A stretch of DNA of 64,000 nucleotides, taken from contig CP181398.1 in NCBI GenBank assembly GCA_047946875.1, forward strand, positions 15,154 through 79,153. Direction: 5' to 3'. Shown here one piece after another: positions 21,601 through 31,400 of this stretch (positions within the stretch are counted from its first letter, which is position 1; each line of letters begins with the position of its first letter). The notes below the pieces were generated by a model that worked only from the letters and a program-made list of their open reading frames with translations, had not been told where the DNA came from and did no database searches. Made by a program: the position numbers and the translations under genes. This DNA comes from Candidatus Kerfeldbacteria bacterium (GTDB lineage: Bacteria > Patescibacteriota > Patescibacteriia > UBA10025 > JAHIVO01).

Positions 21601-22151
21601 TTGAGGGTAATTATTTCAACAATATTTCCATTGATTCCAACTATATGTATCTGGCAGGAACATTACAGTTGCCATCAGAGCATTTACGCATAGAAAAACG
21701 CCTGCTTTCTACAGGTGCGCTGTGTACGGCTGCTGAATGTGGTCAGGAATTTGGTACGAATGGTGTAGAAACAGAGGCAGTGGATAGGTATTATTCTACA
21801 ACCGATATTGCCGTTGATCCTACATATATGTATGTGGCTTTTAATTATGGAGCTGTTGGTAGTACTCACTGGCGCATAGAAAAACGTCTGCTTTCCGATG
21901 GTACTTTGGACCCGGGTTTTGGTTATGACTGCTCAACAAATGCTTGCTATTTTACGGGTAATGGCGTAGTAATTGGATCTACATATAGTCAAGTTCCTTA
22001 TGCTATTCAGATTGATTCTACATATATGTATGTAGTTGGTGAAGATGATATAGTCCCTGCTAATCACAACTGGCGTATAGAAAAACGCCTGCTTTCAACT
22101 GGCGGTGTAGCTGTTGGTGAAAGTCAAACACTGATGTGTCGTCCGTTATAA
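15672..22151 (+). CDS. Giant surface protein 2 (2159 aa): paralogous N-terminal module, propeller repeats, Cys-rich DxDxDG modules, and about 17 C-terminal delta-60-like tandem repeats
   Basis: Signal anchor. N-terminus aligns with ORFs 12628 and 22197. Repeats of W-R-I-E-K-R-L-L-S-T-G-x-L-D-x-S-F-G ... D-S-T-Y-M-Y-V-V-G. Confidence 0.75.
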   Translation: MEFLFSKIKKIKIKYIYYTFVIVVIAVIGIEKVNAQWEIPTNLPPDSNIFVPLNVGPYKQAKEGGLLLDPLFNPYGAEPDIDYSLEVRGSQDAYINNFEIIPGGKLIVDTDTLYVDGEFDQVGIGTSTFELSSTLEVHGGSVNIGQEGVGNGVAGIGLTVNSNTERELIIADSNSNTDPTVFGQGIIDSNGNGVYGLNVANGVGISAISNDASAVVGTVSSAYDPTEPIVVAGIYGNATGLGAWAGYFQQRLFGTGEIVANKFLPNRLQSSEVPYTTGWKKSDITDSELIDVNYMTFDRQYIWALGGYWSSINPEHVLIIDPDNMGVVDKIILSNNDHYLVDIIDGGGYIWVAHNYNYGSNHQAAVTRIDPADVHNFQTTYIYPDAGSSGNNDSESVKLLYDDETLDGPYIWVLNKLNYDPVHSITQLDMDGNVVVTFSISDLANGGNKCSRYNNYLYSDTDHCDDRLDNDDDGIIDNGLCEYNALTTPIVTDSATCGIAGGTWVEACTDRIFDNQIDCEAGSAVWAETCSNSSCSDSDECTLCGGAGVWDSVGEVCPADLNCNTQVTCEGTVTCDGIWTAGDDQCLADTPLGVCAPTISLTTWGECINAGETWTWNTASGPANIDERIVDAYIGVPSGLTLDGDGNVWVTFRGSPDWDYRDIFSGEGYAKFNASDPELAVDQYVYCSGPETSPSGIAYDELNDQMWITYDPSTMHDNRGLSKVDVSNGQVTGFISDNFGAQIKYFMGSPSGPSIWINGGGSIIKIDPDTNVVENTRYIYGHDFDFDERDPANPQILRTTGDNAVILKHTMEDPYTTSTNVILGASSEKLLFDGTNIWSSNYGTNTLTKYSAQGAEKLGVYDVGVSTDQMISDGQAIWVPFEEYWTTKYKRIDILNGNVDEYELVPDLGNTHHTLDTVFDGKNIWQSVFSEDRESMIIKVDLSSCDLATKLCSVGSVFNYPDTLDGPEKLIFDGEFIWAFNHHEPKVYKFSTDPITIEAEITVSDILSAPYVDHHYSRMNAVEFDGTDIWVGAYYTDSDGNSIYKFNPEGINNDGDHGICSNDSSISCNLTSDCGGNACNVVINGKYSVLNMPGECSVSEDSCIMDSDCGGSETCDGMWTGVTSLTFDGINMWATHEGFGDHDSTGDECKDKLDNDGNGQCDYDGAVGYPGCSGKPDPGCSDPDTDTLEITGRNSRYEGSNKVLTRIVVATGEIVESVSINPIKYSSTYVYDAAFDGQNIWLGGSGFNGNTLVQFYSGSGFNDTDYINNLILRNNIPLLSQYRQAGSFAMAGSMNIGNKLIVKGDLVVQNNTWGGAADNVKDFGVGCDDGEFMKGIGFTNAGVYTSEVDSEKAHDVALDSTYMYAVGWNYDAVKSWRIEKRLKATGELDTNFGYDCSSGSCNFTGDGVIIGYSSSDMAQAISIDSTYMYVVGSRASSNWRIEKRLLSTGELDSGFGAGGVIEGNVVTDDARGISIDSTYMYVVGDTDGGDWRIEKRLLSTGALDTSFGYDCSSAPCNFTGDGIITGDSDSLYARDIEIDSDFMYVVGWDDDTDNYLRIEKRLLSTGELDASFGSGGVINGTITENLGYSIILDSTYMYISEYFPATGLRIEKRLLSTGALCTEAECGQEFGIGGAIITSSYPGHDIAVDSMYMYVSMSLNNNWHIEKRLLSTGALDTSFGYDCSSGVCAFTGDGIISGFTESDRAYGIKIDSTYMYVVGDDDIGYDWRIEKRLLTTGAVAAEIDGAVPTGIYTSDTTSAQAFDIAVDSTYMYTVGYNDGDDWRIEKRLISNGILDSGFGTSGVVTGAASSSFAYAIEIDSIYMYVSGHDGSNNWRIEKRLLSTGELDASFGYDCSSGVCAFTGNGIISGFAESNRAYGIDIDSTYMYVVGDTDGDDWRIEKRLLSTGELDASFDTDGVVAGDAASYQAWDIEIDTNSMYVIGWDDDATNYLRIEKRLLSTGALDTTFDTDGVVNGTIEGNYFNNISIDSNYMYLAGTLQLPSEHLRIEKRLLSTGALCTAAECGQEFGTNGVETEAVDRYYSTTDIAVDPTYMYVAFNYGAVGSTHWRIEKRLLSDGTLDPGFGYDCSTNACYFTGNGVVIGSTYSQVPYAIQIDSTYMYVVGEDDIVPANHNWRIEKRLLSTGGVAVGESQTLMCRPL
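19690..22150 (+). repeat. In-frame tandem repeat array (about 17 units of about 165-180 bp) encoding delta-60-like repeats
   Basis: Recurring near-identical DNA words tggcgcatagaaaaacgcctgctttctac and gattctacatatatgtatgt. Confidence 0.8.
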
Positions 22152-22196
22152 AAAATGAATAATTTATCCCCCTGCAGGGGATTATAATAAAAAATT

Positions 22197-24539
22197 ATGG
22201 ATTATAATAAAAAAAATAAATTTATAAAAAAAATCACATTTTATAGTATATTTTTTGTAATTGTTTTTTCTGTTGTAGGGATAAAAATAGTTAATGCCGA
22301 ATGGATAGAGCCAAGCAGTCAACCACCTAGTGAAGTCTTTTATGCTCCGATAACTACAACTTCAGAACCACAAGCTAAGGATGGATATTTATTAATCGAT
22401 CCTGTTGATTATCATCCAAGTGATGATAGTTCGTTAGGTTTTAATATAGATAAACCATTAGTTGTGCGTGGAGAGGGTATAAATTTTGAAACACAAAATG
22501 TCTATAATGATAAATTGATTGTAAATACTGATACTTTATATGTTGATCCATTTTTGTATGCTGATCCGTGGGTAGGGATAGGTACAACTAGCAGGGTAAG
22601 TAATGAGAAGTTAACCATTTTTGGTCAGACAGTCCAGATTGGTACTTCGGATGATCCAATTAATGATAGGGCATTGAGTAGTTATAGCGCTGATGATGTT
22701 GGTATTTATGTAGAAACAGGTGGAATAAGTAGAGCAGGTATTTATGCCATAAAAACAAGCAATAATAGTAGAGCAATCTATGGTCAAAGTCTTGGTAGTA
22801 ATGTAGGGGTAAGAGGAGAAAGTACTTACGGATATGGTATCTATGCCAGTACTGATTCAACTAATTATGGAGCGGTCTATGGCAGTAATAGTGGTTCTGG
22901 TTTTGCAGGATATTTTGATGGGCCAGTTAATTCAGTTTCAGATATGATTGCTGATGTATTTTTACCAAGAAAATTACAAAAATCATTAATTTCATATGTT
23001 TCTGGAAACCACGTAAGCTCAACACCGATTGGAAATTTCCCTCCAGCAGAAATTAGCGGTGGAAATGTGATATTTGACGGTGATTATGTTTGGGTGGGAG
23101 TTAATAATGGAAGGGATACTAATGATGTAGAACTTTTCAAAGTAAGGGCATCAGATGGAGTATTAATGGATTCTTTCGCAATACCTGACGCATGGTCAAT
23201 TTTAGAAATGGAATTTGATGGAAGATATATTTGGATATTGGGATACTATGCAAATATTACTAGATTTGATACGGTCACTGGAACTTCAATTTATTTGGAT
23301 GATACTGACAGTGGGTTGGTTCCGGGTGGTGCGGAAAATATTGAACTGATAAAAGTAGGTGATGAAATATATTTGTTTGTAGGAGAGAATATTGCCGGTG
23401 GTAATGATTTAATAATAATAAAAACAAGTGCATTTGATGGTTGGACGGATATTGATGATCTCAGGGAAATAATAAATTTGGATCCTTGGGCTACAAATGT
23501 AAAAGAAATTGTTTCAGATGGTGAGTATATATGGTTGGGGGATATAACCGGAGAAAATTTAGTACGGATGTGGGCAGAAGATCCGGATCAGAATGTAGAC
23601 ACTACACATCCTGTTTTGACAATTGATATGACAACTGCTGATTATTCATGCCTACCTTTTGGAATATTTTTTGACGGTTCATATATATGGTGTTTGCCAC
23701 GCGAACAAGCAGGAAACTATTTTGTGAGAATATGGGCTGAAGATCCAAGTGATGAAAGACATCCGATAACAAGTTATGATTTTTCTGACGATGGGAAATA
23801 CAATACTATGGTTTTTGACGGAACATATTTATGGACAAATAATTATTTAGAAGGAGAATTAAAGAGAATATTGGCTGCTGATCCGGCAAGCTATGATAAT
23901 ACCAAAGATACCTTTATAATGGGATTTGAAAGCCATGAAAATATGGTTTTTGATGGAACATATTTATGGCTTGTAGAAGATGGAAACCAGCCATATTTGC
24001 ATAAGTATTTCTCTGGAACCGGTATGGGGCATACCAATCTAGGAAGTATTGTAGAATTAGATAAAGTTTCTGGATATTGTTCAGTAACTACTACACAGCA
24101 ATGCTTATATGACTGGCAATGCCCAGATTCAGAAACATGTGATGCGGGAAATACAGTTCAGTCGGGTGATGTATACATTGAAGATTCTGCATTTTCTTAC
24201 AATAATCATTGTTATGCAAATCTAACGCATCATTATGACCGATCTTGTGCTACAGCTACAGTAGCTAGTGATTGTAATGGTTTATTAAATCCTACATGTG
24301 TGGGCGGAGATCTGAGGGTAGTAGATGATGTTCAGGTAGAAAATAATAAATGGGGTGGTATATGTGAGGATGGAATAACAGCCTGTACATCTAATGCTGA
24401 TTGTAGCGTTGCTTGTTATGGTGGTACTGTCGCCGTGGATGTTGATGGCAATGCTTCTTGTGATGATGGTGATTATATGAGCGGGGTAGAATTAGATATT
24501 AATGGTGAAATAATTAATATATATTGTTGGGAATTGTAA
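22197..24539 (+). CDS. Surface protein 3 (780 aa): paralogous N-terminal module, propeller repeats and a Cys-rich C-terminus
   Basis: Signal anchor. N-terminus aligns with the preceding two genes. Blades DGDYVWVGVNNG, DGRYIWILGYY, DGEYIWLGD, DGSYIWCLP, DGTYLWTNN, DGTYLWLVEDG. Confidence 0.7.
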   Translation: MDYNKKNKFIKKITFYSIFFVIVFSVVGIKIVNAEWIEPSSQPPSEVFYAPITTTSEPQAKDGYLLIDPVDYHPSDDSSLGFNIDKPLVVRGEGINFETQNVYNDKLIVNTDTLYVDPFLYADPWVGIGTTSRVSNEKLTIFGQTVQIGTSDDPINDRALSSYSADDVGIYVETGGISRAGIYAIKTSNNSRAIYGQSLGSNVGVRGESTYGYGIYASTDSTNYGAVYGSNSGSGFAGYFDGPVNSVSDMIADVFLPRKLQKSLISYVSGNHVSSTPIGNFPPAEISGGNVIFDGDYVWVGVNNGRDTNDVELFKVRASDGVLMDSFAIPDAWSILEMEFDGRYIWILGYYANITRFDTVTGTSIYLDDTDSGLVPGGAENIELIKVGDEIYLFVGENIAGGNDLIIIKTSAFDGWTDIDDLREIINLDPWATNVKEIVSDGEYIWLGDITGENLVRMWAEDPDQNVDTTHPVLTIDMTTADYSCLPFGIFFDGSYIWCLPREQAGNYFVRIWAEDPSDERHPITSYDFSDDGKYNTMVFDGTYLWTNNYLEGELKRILAADPASYDNTKDTFIMGFESHENMVFDGTYLWLVEDGNQPYLHKYFSGTGMGHTNLGSIVELDKVSGYCSVTTTQQCLYDWQCPDSETCDAGNTVQSGDVYIEDSAFSYNNHCYANLTHHYDRSCATATVASDCNGLLNPTCVGGDLRVVDDVQVENNKWGGICEDGITACTSNADCSVACYGGTVAVDVDGNASCDDGDYMSGVELDINGEIINIYCWEL

Positions 24540-24549
24540 ATTAATATTT

Positions 24550-25300
24550 AAATAAAGGACGCCTCCGCTAAAGGTGTTCGGGGAAACAAGTTTATATTCA
24601 TCCCCGACAAGTTGGGGTATCTATAGGTTTAGAAGAGACACCTAAAATGATAAATGAATAATTATGCATTTTAAGAAATTTCATCCGCCACATCTATATT
24701 TGGACAATTGTACTTATTTTTTAAGTAGTCGTACCCTTGATAAAAAAAGATATTTTAATACAGATCATAAAAAAGGAATTTTAGCAGATATTTTAAAAAG
24801 TGCTAGTAAAAGATACAAAATTATTTTATACGGTTGGGTTATTTTGGAAAATCATTATCATCTTTTAATTAAAGTAGATAATAAAAAGCAATTAATTAAT
24901 TTTATTAAGACGTTACATGGCAAAAGCGCGATTGAGTTGAATAAATTTGAGAATAAACCTAAAAGGAAAATCTGGGTAAATTACTGGGACAAATGTGTTG
25001 AGAGTGAAAAAGATTTTCATACACATTTAAACTATATACATCATAATCCCATTAAACATAAATATGTAAAAGATATGAGTGATTATAAATATTCAAGTTA
25101 TCAATATTATTTAAGTAAATATGGTTACGAGTGGTTAGAAAATTGTTTTTATATATATCCAATAATTGATTTTACTTCGCAAGATATTTAATAAATTATA
25201 AATTTGAGGACGCCCAAACTTGTTTGGGGAGGAAGTAAGTAAGTACCCCTCAACAAGTTGAGGCATCCATCAGGTAAAATCGAGTCGGGGTATCCACTGG
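24550..25300 (+). mobile_element. IS200/IS605-type (Y1 HuH transposase) element: tnpA flanked by left and right subterminal hairpin units in direct orientation
   Basis: Left unit 24555-24650 and right unit 25206-25300 share GGACGCC...TTYGGGG...CCYCRACAAGTTGRGG. The hairpins ccccgacaagttgggg (24602-24617) and cctcaacaagttgagg (25248-25263) differ by compensatory changes. Size about 750 bp, typical for IS200. Confidence 0.6.
24664..25191 (+). CDS. tnpA: Y1 HuH tyrosine transposase (Transposase_17; IS200/IS605 TnpA or REP-associated RAYT-like)
   Basis: HuH motif NHYHLLIKV. C-terminal catalytic-Tyr region THLNYIHHNPIKHKYV...YKYSSY matches the YIxxNPV signature. 175 aa. Confidence 0.75.
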   Translation: MHFKKFHPPHLYLDNCTYFLSSRTLDKKRYFNTDHKKGILADILKSASKRYKIILYGWVILENHYHLLIKVDNKKQLINFIKTLHGKSAIELNKFENKPKRKIWVNYWDKCVESEKDFHTHLNYIHHNPIKHKYVKDMSDYKYSSYQYYLSKYGYEWLENCFYIYPIIDFTSQDI

Positions 25301-25306
25301 TTAGAA

Positions 25307-25430
25307 AAGGGACGCCCGAATTCGTTTGGGAAATAAGTTAACAATTATCCCCCGACAAGTCGCCCGTCTGCAACGCAAGCTTGCGAGCGGGCAGAGGGCA
25401 TCCGTCAGGAAAGTATAAGTTGAGGTGAAC
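25307..25430 (+). repeat. Third, solo copy of the IS-end-like structured repeat unit. It contains a longer GC palindrome (gcccg...cgcaagcttgcg...cgggc)
   Basis: Shares GGACGCC, TTTGGG and CCCCGACAAGT words with the units at 24555 and 25206. Confidence 0.5.
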
Positions 25431-25460
25431 AGTAAATAAATAAGCTATAATTATATATAA

Positions 25461-28400
25461 ATGTCCAAATTAACTAAAAAAAGTATACAAGTATTAATAA
25501 TTCTTTGTGTTGCGGTAGTTTTAGCTGCCGGGTTATTTAGTTTGATTTATTTTACTCAACATACCCCTCAACAAAAACATTATGTGATTAAGGAAGTGCC
25601 ACCTGATCCTGAAACAGTGATTGACAAAGTAGTACAGGAATCGGGTAGGAATTATATTGATAAGCGGGATGATGAAGGCAATCTTGTTTTTAACGAGGAT
25701 GGTGCTCTAACGCGTATTTTTTACGGGGCTGATATTTTTTATCAAACAGAAGATGGGGATTATCAGGATATTGATACGACAATTGTGACAGCACAGGGAG
25801 ATTATGATTATGAAAATACAACTAATGTTTCTAAAACGTATTTCAAAGCAGAAACTCAGGAAGATGATTTTATAAAATATGAAGTGGCTGGTGAGAGGGG
25901 TGTAACTTTTTCTTTTGCAGGGGTTGATAAATCAACACCAGAAGTAAGTAGTAATACTATTACATATCCCGATATTTATGAGGGTATTGATGCAAAATAC
26001 ACGATTTCAGGCAGCAAGATTTTGGAAGAGCTGATAGTTGAAGAAGAGCCAATAGTTGACCGAATAGACCAGAATATTAAACTACAGGACGTTTATTACA
26101 AAGAGCAGGATAATGGCTCAATAACATTCCATGATAATGCAACTGGTCATATAGTATTTTTTGCTATTCAACCCATAATGTATGAATTGGAAGAAAGTAC
26201 GGGTTTTAAGAAACAAATTGATGAAAGTGAATCAATGGAAGTGGAAAACCTGACATTTAGTTATGGGTTGCATTATGAAATAACAGAGGCGGATAATGGT
26301 GATATTGTTATAAGTAAAGTAATTGATGATGAGGGCAGGAAGTGGCTGGAGCAGGCAAACTATCCAGTGGCTATTGATTTTACTTTTTCGGCTATTGATT
26401 CGACTGTGGCTCTCTCGGGGGAGTCTTTAAGACACAACTGGAGTGGTACTAATTATTATATGACTACCCCAGCTACTATATCACGAGTAGGAAATTTAAA
26501 TACTAGTGTGGCTAGGTGGTATTATCGTAGCTTTTTTAGTTTTGATACTGGCTCAGAATGGGCTAGTTATGGAAGTAGTGATATTGTAGGAGCAAAATTT
26601 ACATTTTATATGTGGAAAACAGGTACCTGTAGTAACTGTGCAGTTTATGATTATCAAGGCGATTGTAGGTGGAATACCCATCCGTGTTGGCAGCATCGAT
26701 GTGGATTGTGTACCAATGCTGGGGGGGATGTAGGTGAGGAGTCGGCCAGTGGGATATCTGCCAACTCTGGCGCTGATATATGGGACAGTCTTCCTTATCA
26801 TCCCGGAGGAAATGGTTTTTCTGATGCCTATTATAATGTAGTTATGACACCTGAAGGAGCTGTTGATCTGAATGGCATACCAACAACACAAGCTGAATGT
26901 TCAGCAAATCCAGATGACTGCAAAAGAGAAGTATTTGTTGGCATTGATTCAGTTAGCCAGACTGGAGAAACACAAATTGCCCTTTTTGATACAAGTGGCT
27001 TAACGGTAAATGAAGGCAACTGGAAAGGGGTTAGAACTTTTAATTCAGGCAGTGGTGCCCTGGATCCAACTCTGGAAGTAGTTTATATGCCAAAGTTTGA
27101 TATCAATGTAGTGCCTCTTGATTCTGATGAAATGTTAACTATTGAGTGGGATGATAATAGTGATAATGAATCAGGATGGGAGCTTCAGCGGTGTATAGAT
27201 CCAACTCCAGTGGATCCACCTTTTGAATGTGATGATTCTGATTATTTTGATGCGAATCATGTATCTTTTTCTCCTATTCCAACCGGTGATTCAAGCGACT
27301 CATGTGGGACTGATTGCACCTATACGTGTACTACAACGGAAGTAGAAACTGTCGGTGGTTGTACGATAGACAATGATGGTCTTGAATCAGATTCGTTGTA
27401 TTATTATCGGGGTCGTATTATCCATGTTTCTGACCTAGTTTCTGGCCCAACGTCTGTGTGGAGTGAAGACGATGATGGTTCAGGATATAATCATGAGTGG
27501 ACCAGGGCAACTGAGATCCTTTCATCAGTCCTTGAATTATCTTCACCTGTTTGGGATAGTCTGAGGATTTATGGAGGTGGTAGTCCAACTGATGCTTATA
27601 TTGATTCTCACGTAAATTCAAATCCACTTCATACAAAATATGCTTTGGGTGTAAGAGATGAAGATACTTGGAGAAATTGTTTTGCGGAAGATTCGGGTGG
27701 TGGGATATATACATTTCAACTCCCAATAACTACTAATCCGTATACAGTTGATTTTGCGCATAATATGGTTTGGTGGATGACGGATGTATTTGGCTGGCAA
27801 ATGACAGCAGCAATAAATGTTGAAAGTACTGATGATTGTCAAATATATCCTAATCGTGAATTTAAACTTTGTGAATGGGCACAGGATACCAGAAGCCCAG
27901 ATAATTATTTAAATACTCCTACTTCTTATGAGAATTGTAGCTTGGATACTGGGAAAGCTTATAGCCGAGCACGTGACCCTTCTCCACCAACTTTTATTAA
28001 CAATGACCCTTATGGTGGTTATTTTCCTGCAATTACTGTACAAATGGATACTACGCCATTTAGCCTGCCTGTAACGACTCTTAATCCTTCTGATACAGAG
28101 TATGCCATGTCGGTAACTAATGTGAATACAGGTAAAACTAAATTTTTTGGGGATACATCAGATCTTCAAGAGTGGACTATGGGTCAACCTGTGATTCCTG
28201 ATTGGGGCACGCAGTTTCTATGGAATAATAATAATCCTCGCACTGTTTATAATTTGGAGTCGGCAACCTGCTATAAGTTTAGAGCAATATCCAAAAATGG
28301 AGAGCCCACAGAGGTGGGAGAGGTGGGAGAGGATGAGTCGTGGGGTTTTCCTGATTCTGATGAATTTCCGTCAGAAGCGGAAGGTGGTTTTACCGATGAT

Positions 28401-31400
28401 TTATGGTCGGTAGGATATCCGTCAGAGGAATATTGTACTCCTTTATCACCACCAGACCAACCAACTGTAACTTGTGGCTTTAACCAAGAAAAAAGTATTA
28501 TAATAAAGCCGAAGGTATTATCTCAATTGATAAATGATGATGATAAATCAATTTTAAGTATAAAAACAGCAAATGCTTCAGTAAAACTCGCTGATGCAAA
28601 TAGTGAAGGTTATTATTGTGATGTTAGTTTTACAGATGATATAAATACAGGAACAATTTATTATAAAATTCAGCGTTGCGCTCGAAGTGATATAGGGTCT
28701 TGTGCGGATGGAGATTTTATTACAGTCAGCTCAAATAGTACTCTTAAATCATTTATTGATGAGAGCGTCTTTCCTGGTTTAGCATGTGATATTAATAACG
28801 AAGTTTATGAATATAGAGTCCAGGCTGATAATACCATAGTAGAACCTTCAGATTGGTCAACCGTGGCAGAAGATATATTACCACCATGTCAACCAACACC
28901 CGCGCCAACTGCAAATAATTTTCAGAAACAGACTATGACATTTAATTGGACGGCACCATTATTTGGATCTCCAATTTCTGGGTTTAATAGTGGTTATTAC
29001 ACATATTTACTTGATAGTCCTACGGATCTTTCACCAGTCAAGAGATTTCAATCGGTTCTATTTTTGACAACCTACACTCCTCTTCCTTCTTTATATACAA
29101 ATACTCCTTATTATTTTGAAGTTTCTGGTGTTGATGATAGATCAAGGGAAGGTGTTCGTTCACCACAAGGTGGCCCATTTTATACTTTAGCTGATAATCC
29201 AAATTTTACGGTAGAATGTGGTTATGATAGTTCTGATTATTGCACAGTAGATATAACTAATCATGGTTTAAATGATGTCGAGAATCATCCACCTGATTAT
29301 TGTTTAAGTAGAAAAGTTGGTTCTAGTTCTAGTTGGCGATATTATAACTATGAAAAGAGTAATTGGGGTATATCTGGTCCGGCAACTTGTGATGGACAAA
29401 CTTCAGATTATTGGCGAAGTGCTAAAACTGATTATACAACTTCTTGGAGTTTAACAGATTATAATTTAACTTGTAATACTTTATATACTTATAGAATAGA
29501 AGCAAAAAACGATGTAGGAATTGTGACACCTTCTCCTCACGAAGAATCTGATACTACGACTATTTGCCCACCGTTAAATGTTAGACATACTTATAATGGA
29601 TATTTAAGTGGATACAGAATTAGAGTGGCTTGGGATAATCCACCACCAACTATACCACCAACATTACCTGATGAAATAAGGATTTATAAAGATGCTACTT
29701 GTGGAGGAGATTATGAAGTTATGCCTACTGGGTCAACAGAAACAGATAATAGTACTGATCCAAATTATGGTACCGATGCATCGTTATATGCTAATATTGA
29801 GAAGCCATATAGTGTTTGTTATTATAAGGATGGAGTTTTAGGTAGGCCAGGAGATGGAGATTTGAATGCTTATACATCTATTCAAACACCTACGGGTGTT
29901 AGTTTTAGCAGCGTAACAAAAGATTCAATGGTTGTTAATTATCGGGGAACTTTAACACGTCTTAGTGGAAATAGTTTAGATTTCTATATGTCTTATACTA
30001 ATGGAGGGTCTGGTGGGAGCAATCCTTCATGGATACCAGGATCCTATAATGATACAGGATTATCGACAAATTATCAGTATTGCTATAGGGTGAGAGCAAA
30101 GAATAATGAAACTGGAGCATATACGACTGGTGATTACACAAACTACGGTCCAGCAGGTGATCAAGATGATTGTAAATATACTCTTGCTAGTATACCAAAG
30201 CGTCCGGTTCGTAGTCAGGTTGATTCGTCAACTGTCAATGTGATTATTAGAGAAGGTGATGGTAATCCTCACGGAATAGGATTAGCAGATGATACAGATT
30301 ATGCAATTTGTGTGACAGAGTATAATATTGATGGTTCTGTATATCAAGAAGGTTATGTCCAAAATAATAATACTGTGAATTGGTTACCACCGCCTGAAAA
30401 ATGTGGAGATAGTGATACGGGAGTATCTTGGGATACTAGAGCGGGTTGGGGATTGGATAGTGGAGTGGATATTACTGGAGTTGAATCATCTAAAAAATTT
30501 GGATTTTCTGTAAAAGCAAGAAATGGTGATGATATAAATACAAATTTTGGTCCAGAGGCAACATTATTTTTAGTTAAGAATAATGTTGTAGGTTGGGCTT
30601 GGTCTGCAAATATTGGATGGGTATCATTAAATTGTCTTAATTTTTTCAAAGACCAAGACTATGGATTTAGTTGTGATCCAGGAGAACATTGGGGAATAAA
30701 TACAAGTTATGAGCCTACTAGGACAATTAATCCTGTAGAAGGGTATGCTTGGTCAGCATCTGGTCAGGCGCTGAAGGAAACTCTGAGTATTTCTGAAACT
30801 ACTCAGATTGGAGTAAATGCAGGTCCAAAAGGAATTACTTATGACTCAGAAACTCCTGGTGGACCGTATGTGTGGGGAGTAGTTTGGGCTAGTGATCATA
30901 TTTTGTTCAGATTGAATTCAGTTGATTTAACATTTGATACTTTTTTGATTGGTACGGCTGGTGATGACCTTAGAGATATAGTATTAGCTAATGGATATTT
31001 ATGGATTACTGCAAACACAACAGGTAAGCTGTATAAAGTGGATCCCGCAAATCCATCAGGCGGAGCGGTAGATACTTTGGATTTTGAAACTTCCGCTTTT
31101 ATATCTGGTTGTGCTTCTGAGGATTGCCATCCATTTCATATTGCTTATGACGGAACAGATTTGTGGATTAGTAATGATGTAGCTAATAATGAAGGTTTGA
31201 TATTTCGGGTGAACACTAATGATGGTTTGGAACGTAATTGTGACGGTACGGAATTTTCTGGTAATAATAACGATCGATGTAATTTGGGGACAACTTATTC
31301 TGGCTGGCCGTTTGTGCTTAATAATGATGTTTGGGTAGTTAATAAGTTACCATTAGGTGTTTCTAAAATTTCTATTGCTGATGGAAGTATTTCTTCTTAT

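Noticed and set aside
19690-22150. CRISPR array as an explanation for the tandem repeats
   Set aside because: The repeats are 165-180 bp, in-frame protein-coding units of a 2159-aa ORF with no unique spacers and no cas genes
22167-22183. GC palindrome atccccctgcaggggat as an intrinsic terminator after the 2159-aa gene
   Set aside because: It is followed by an A-rich tract rather than a T-rich one on +, and preceded by a T-tract on minus, so it is not a canonical rho-independent terminator on either strand. It may still be a structural or RNase site
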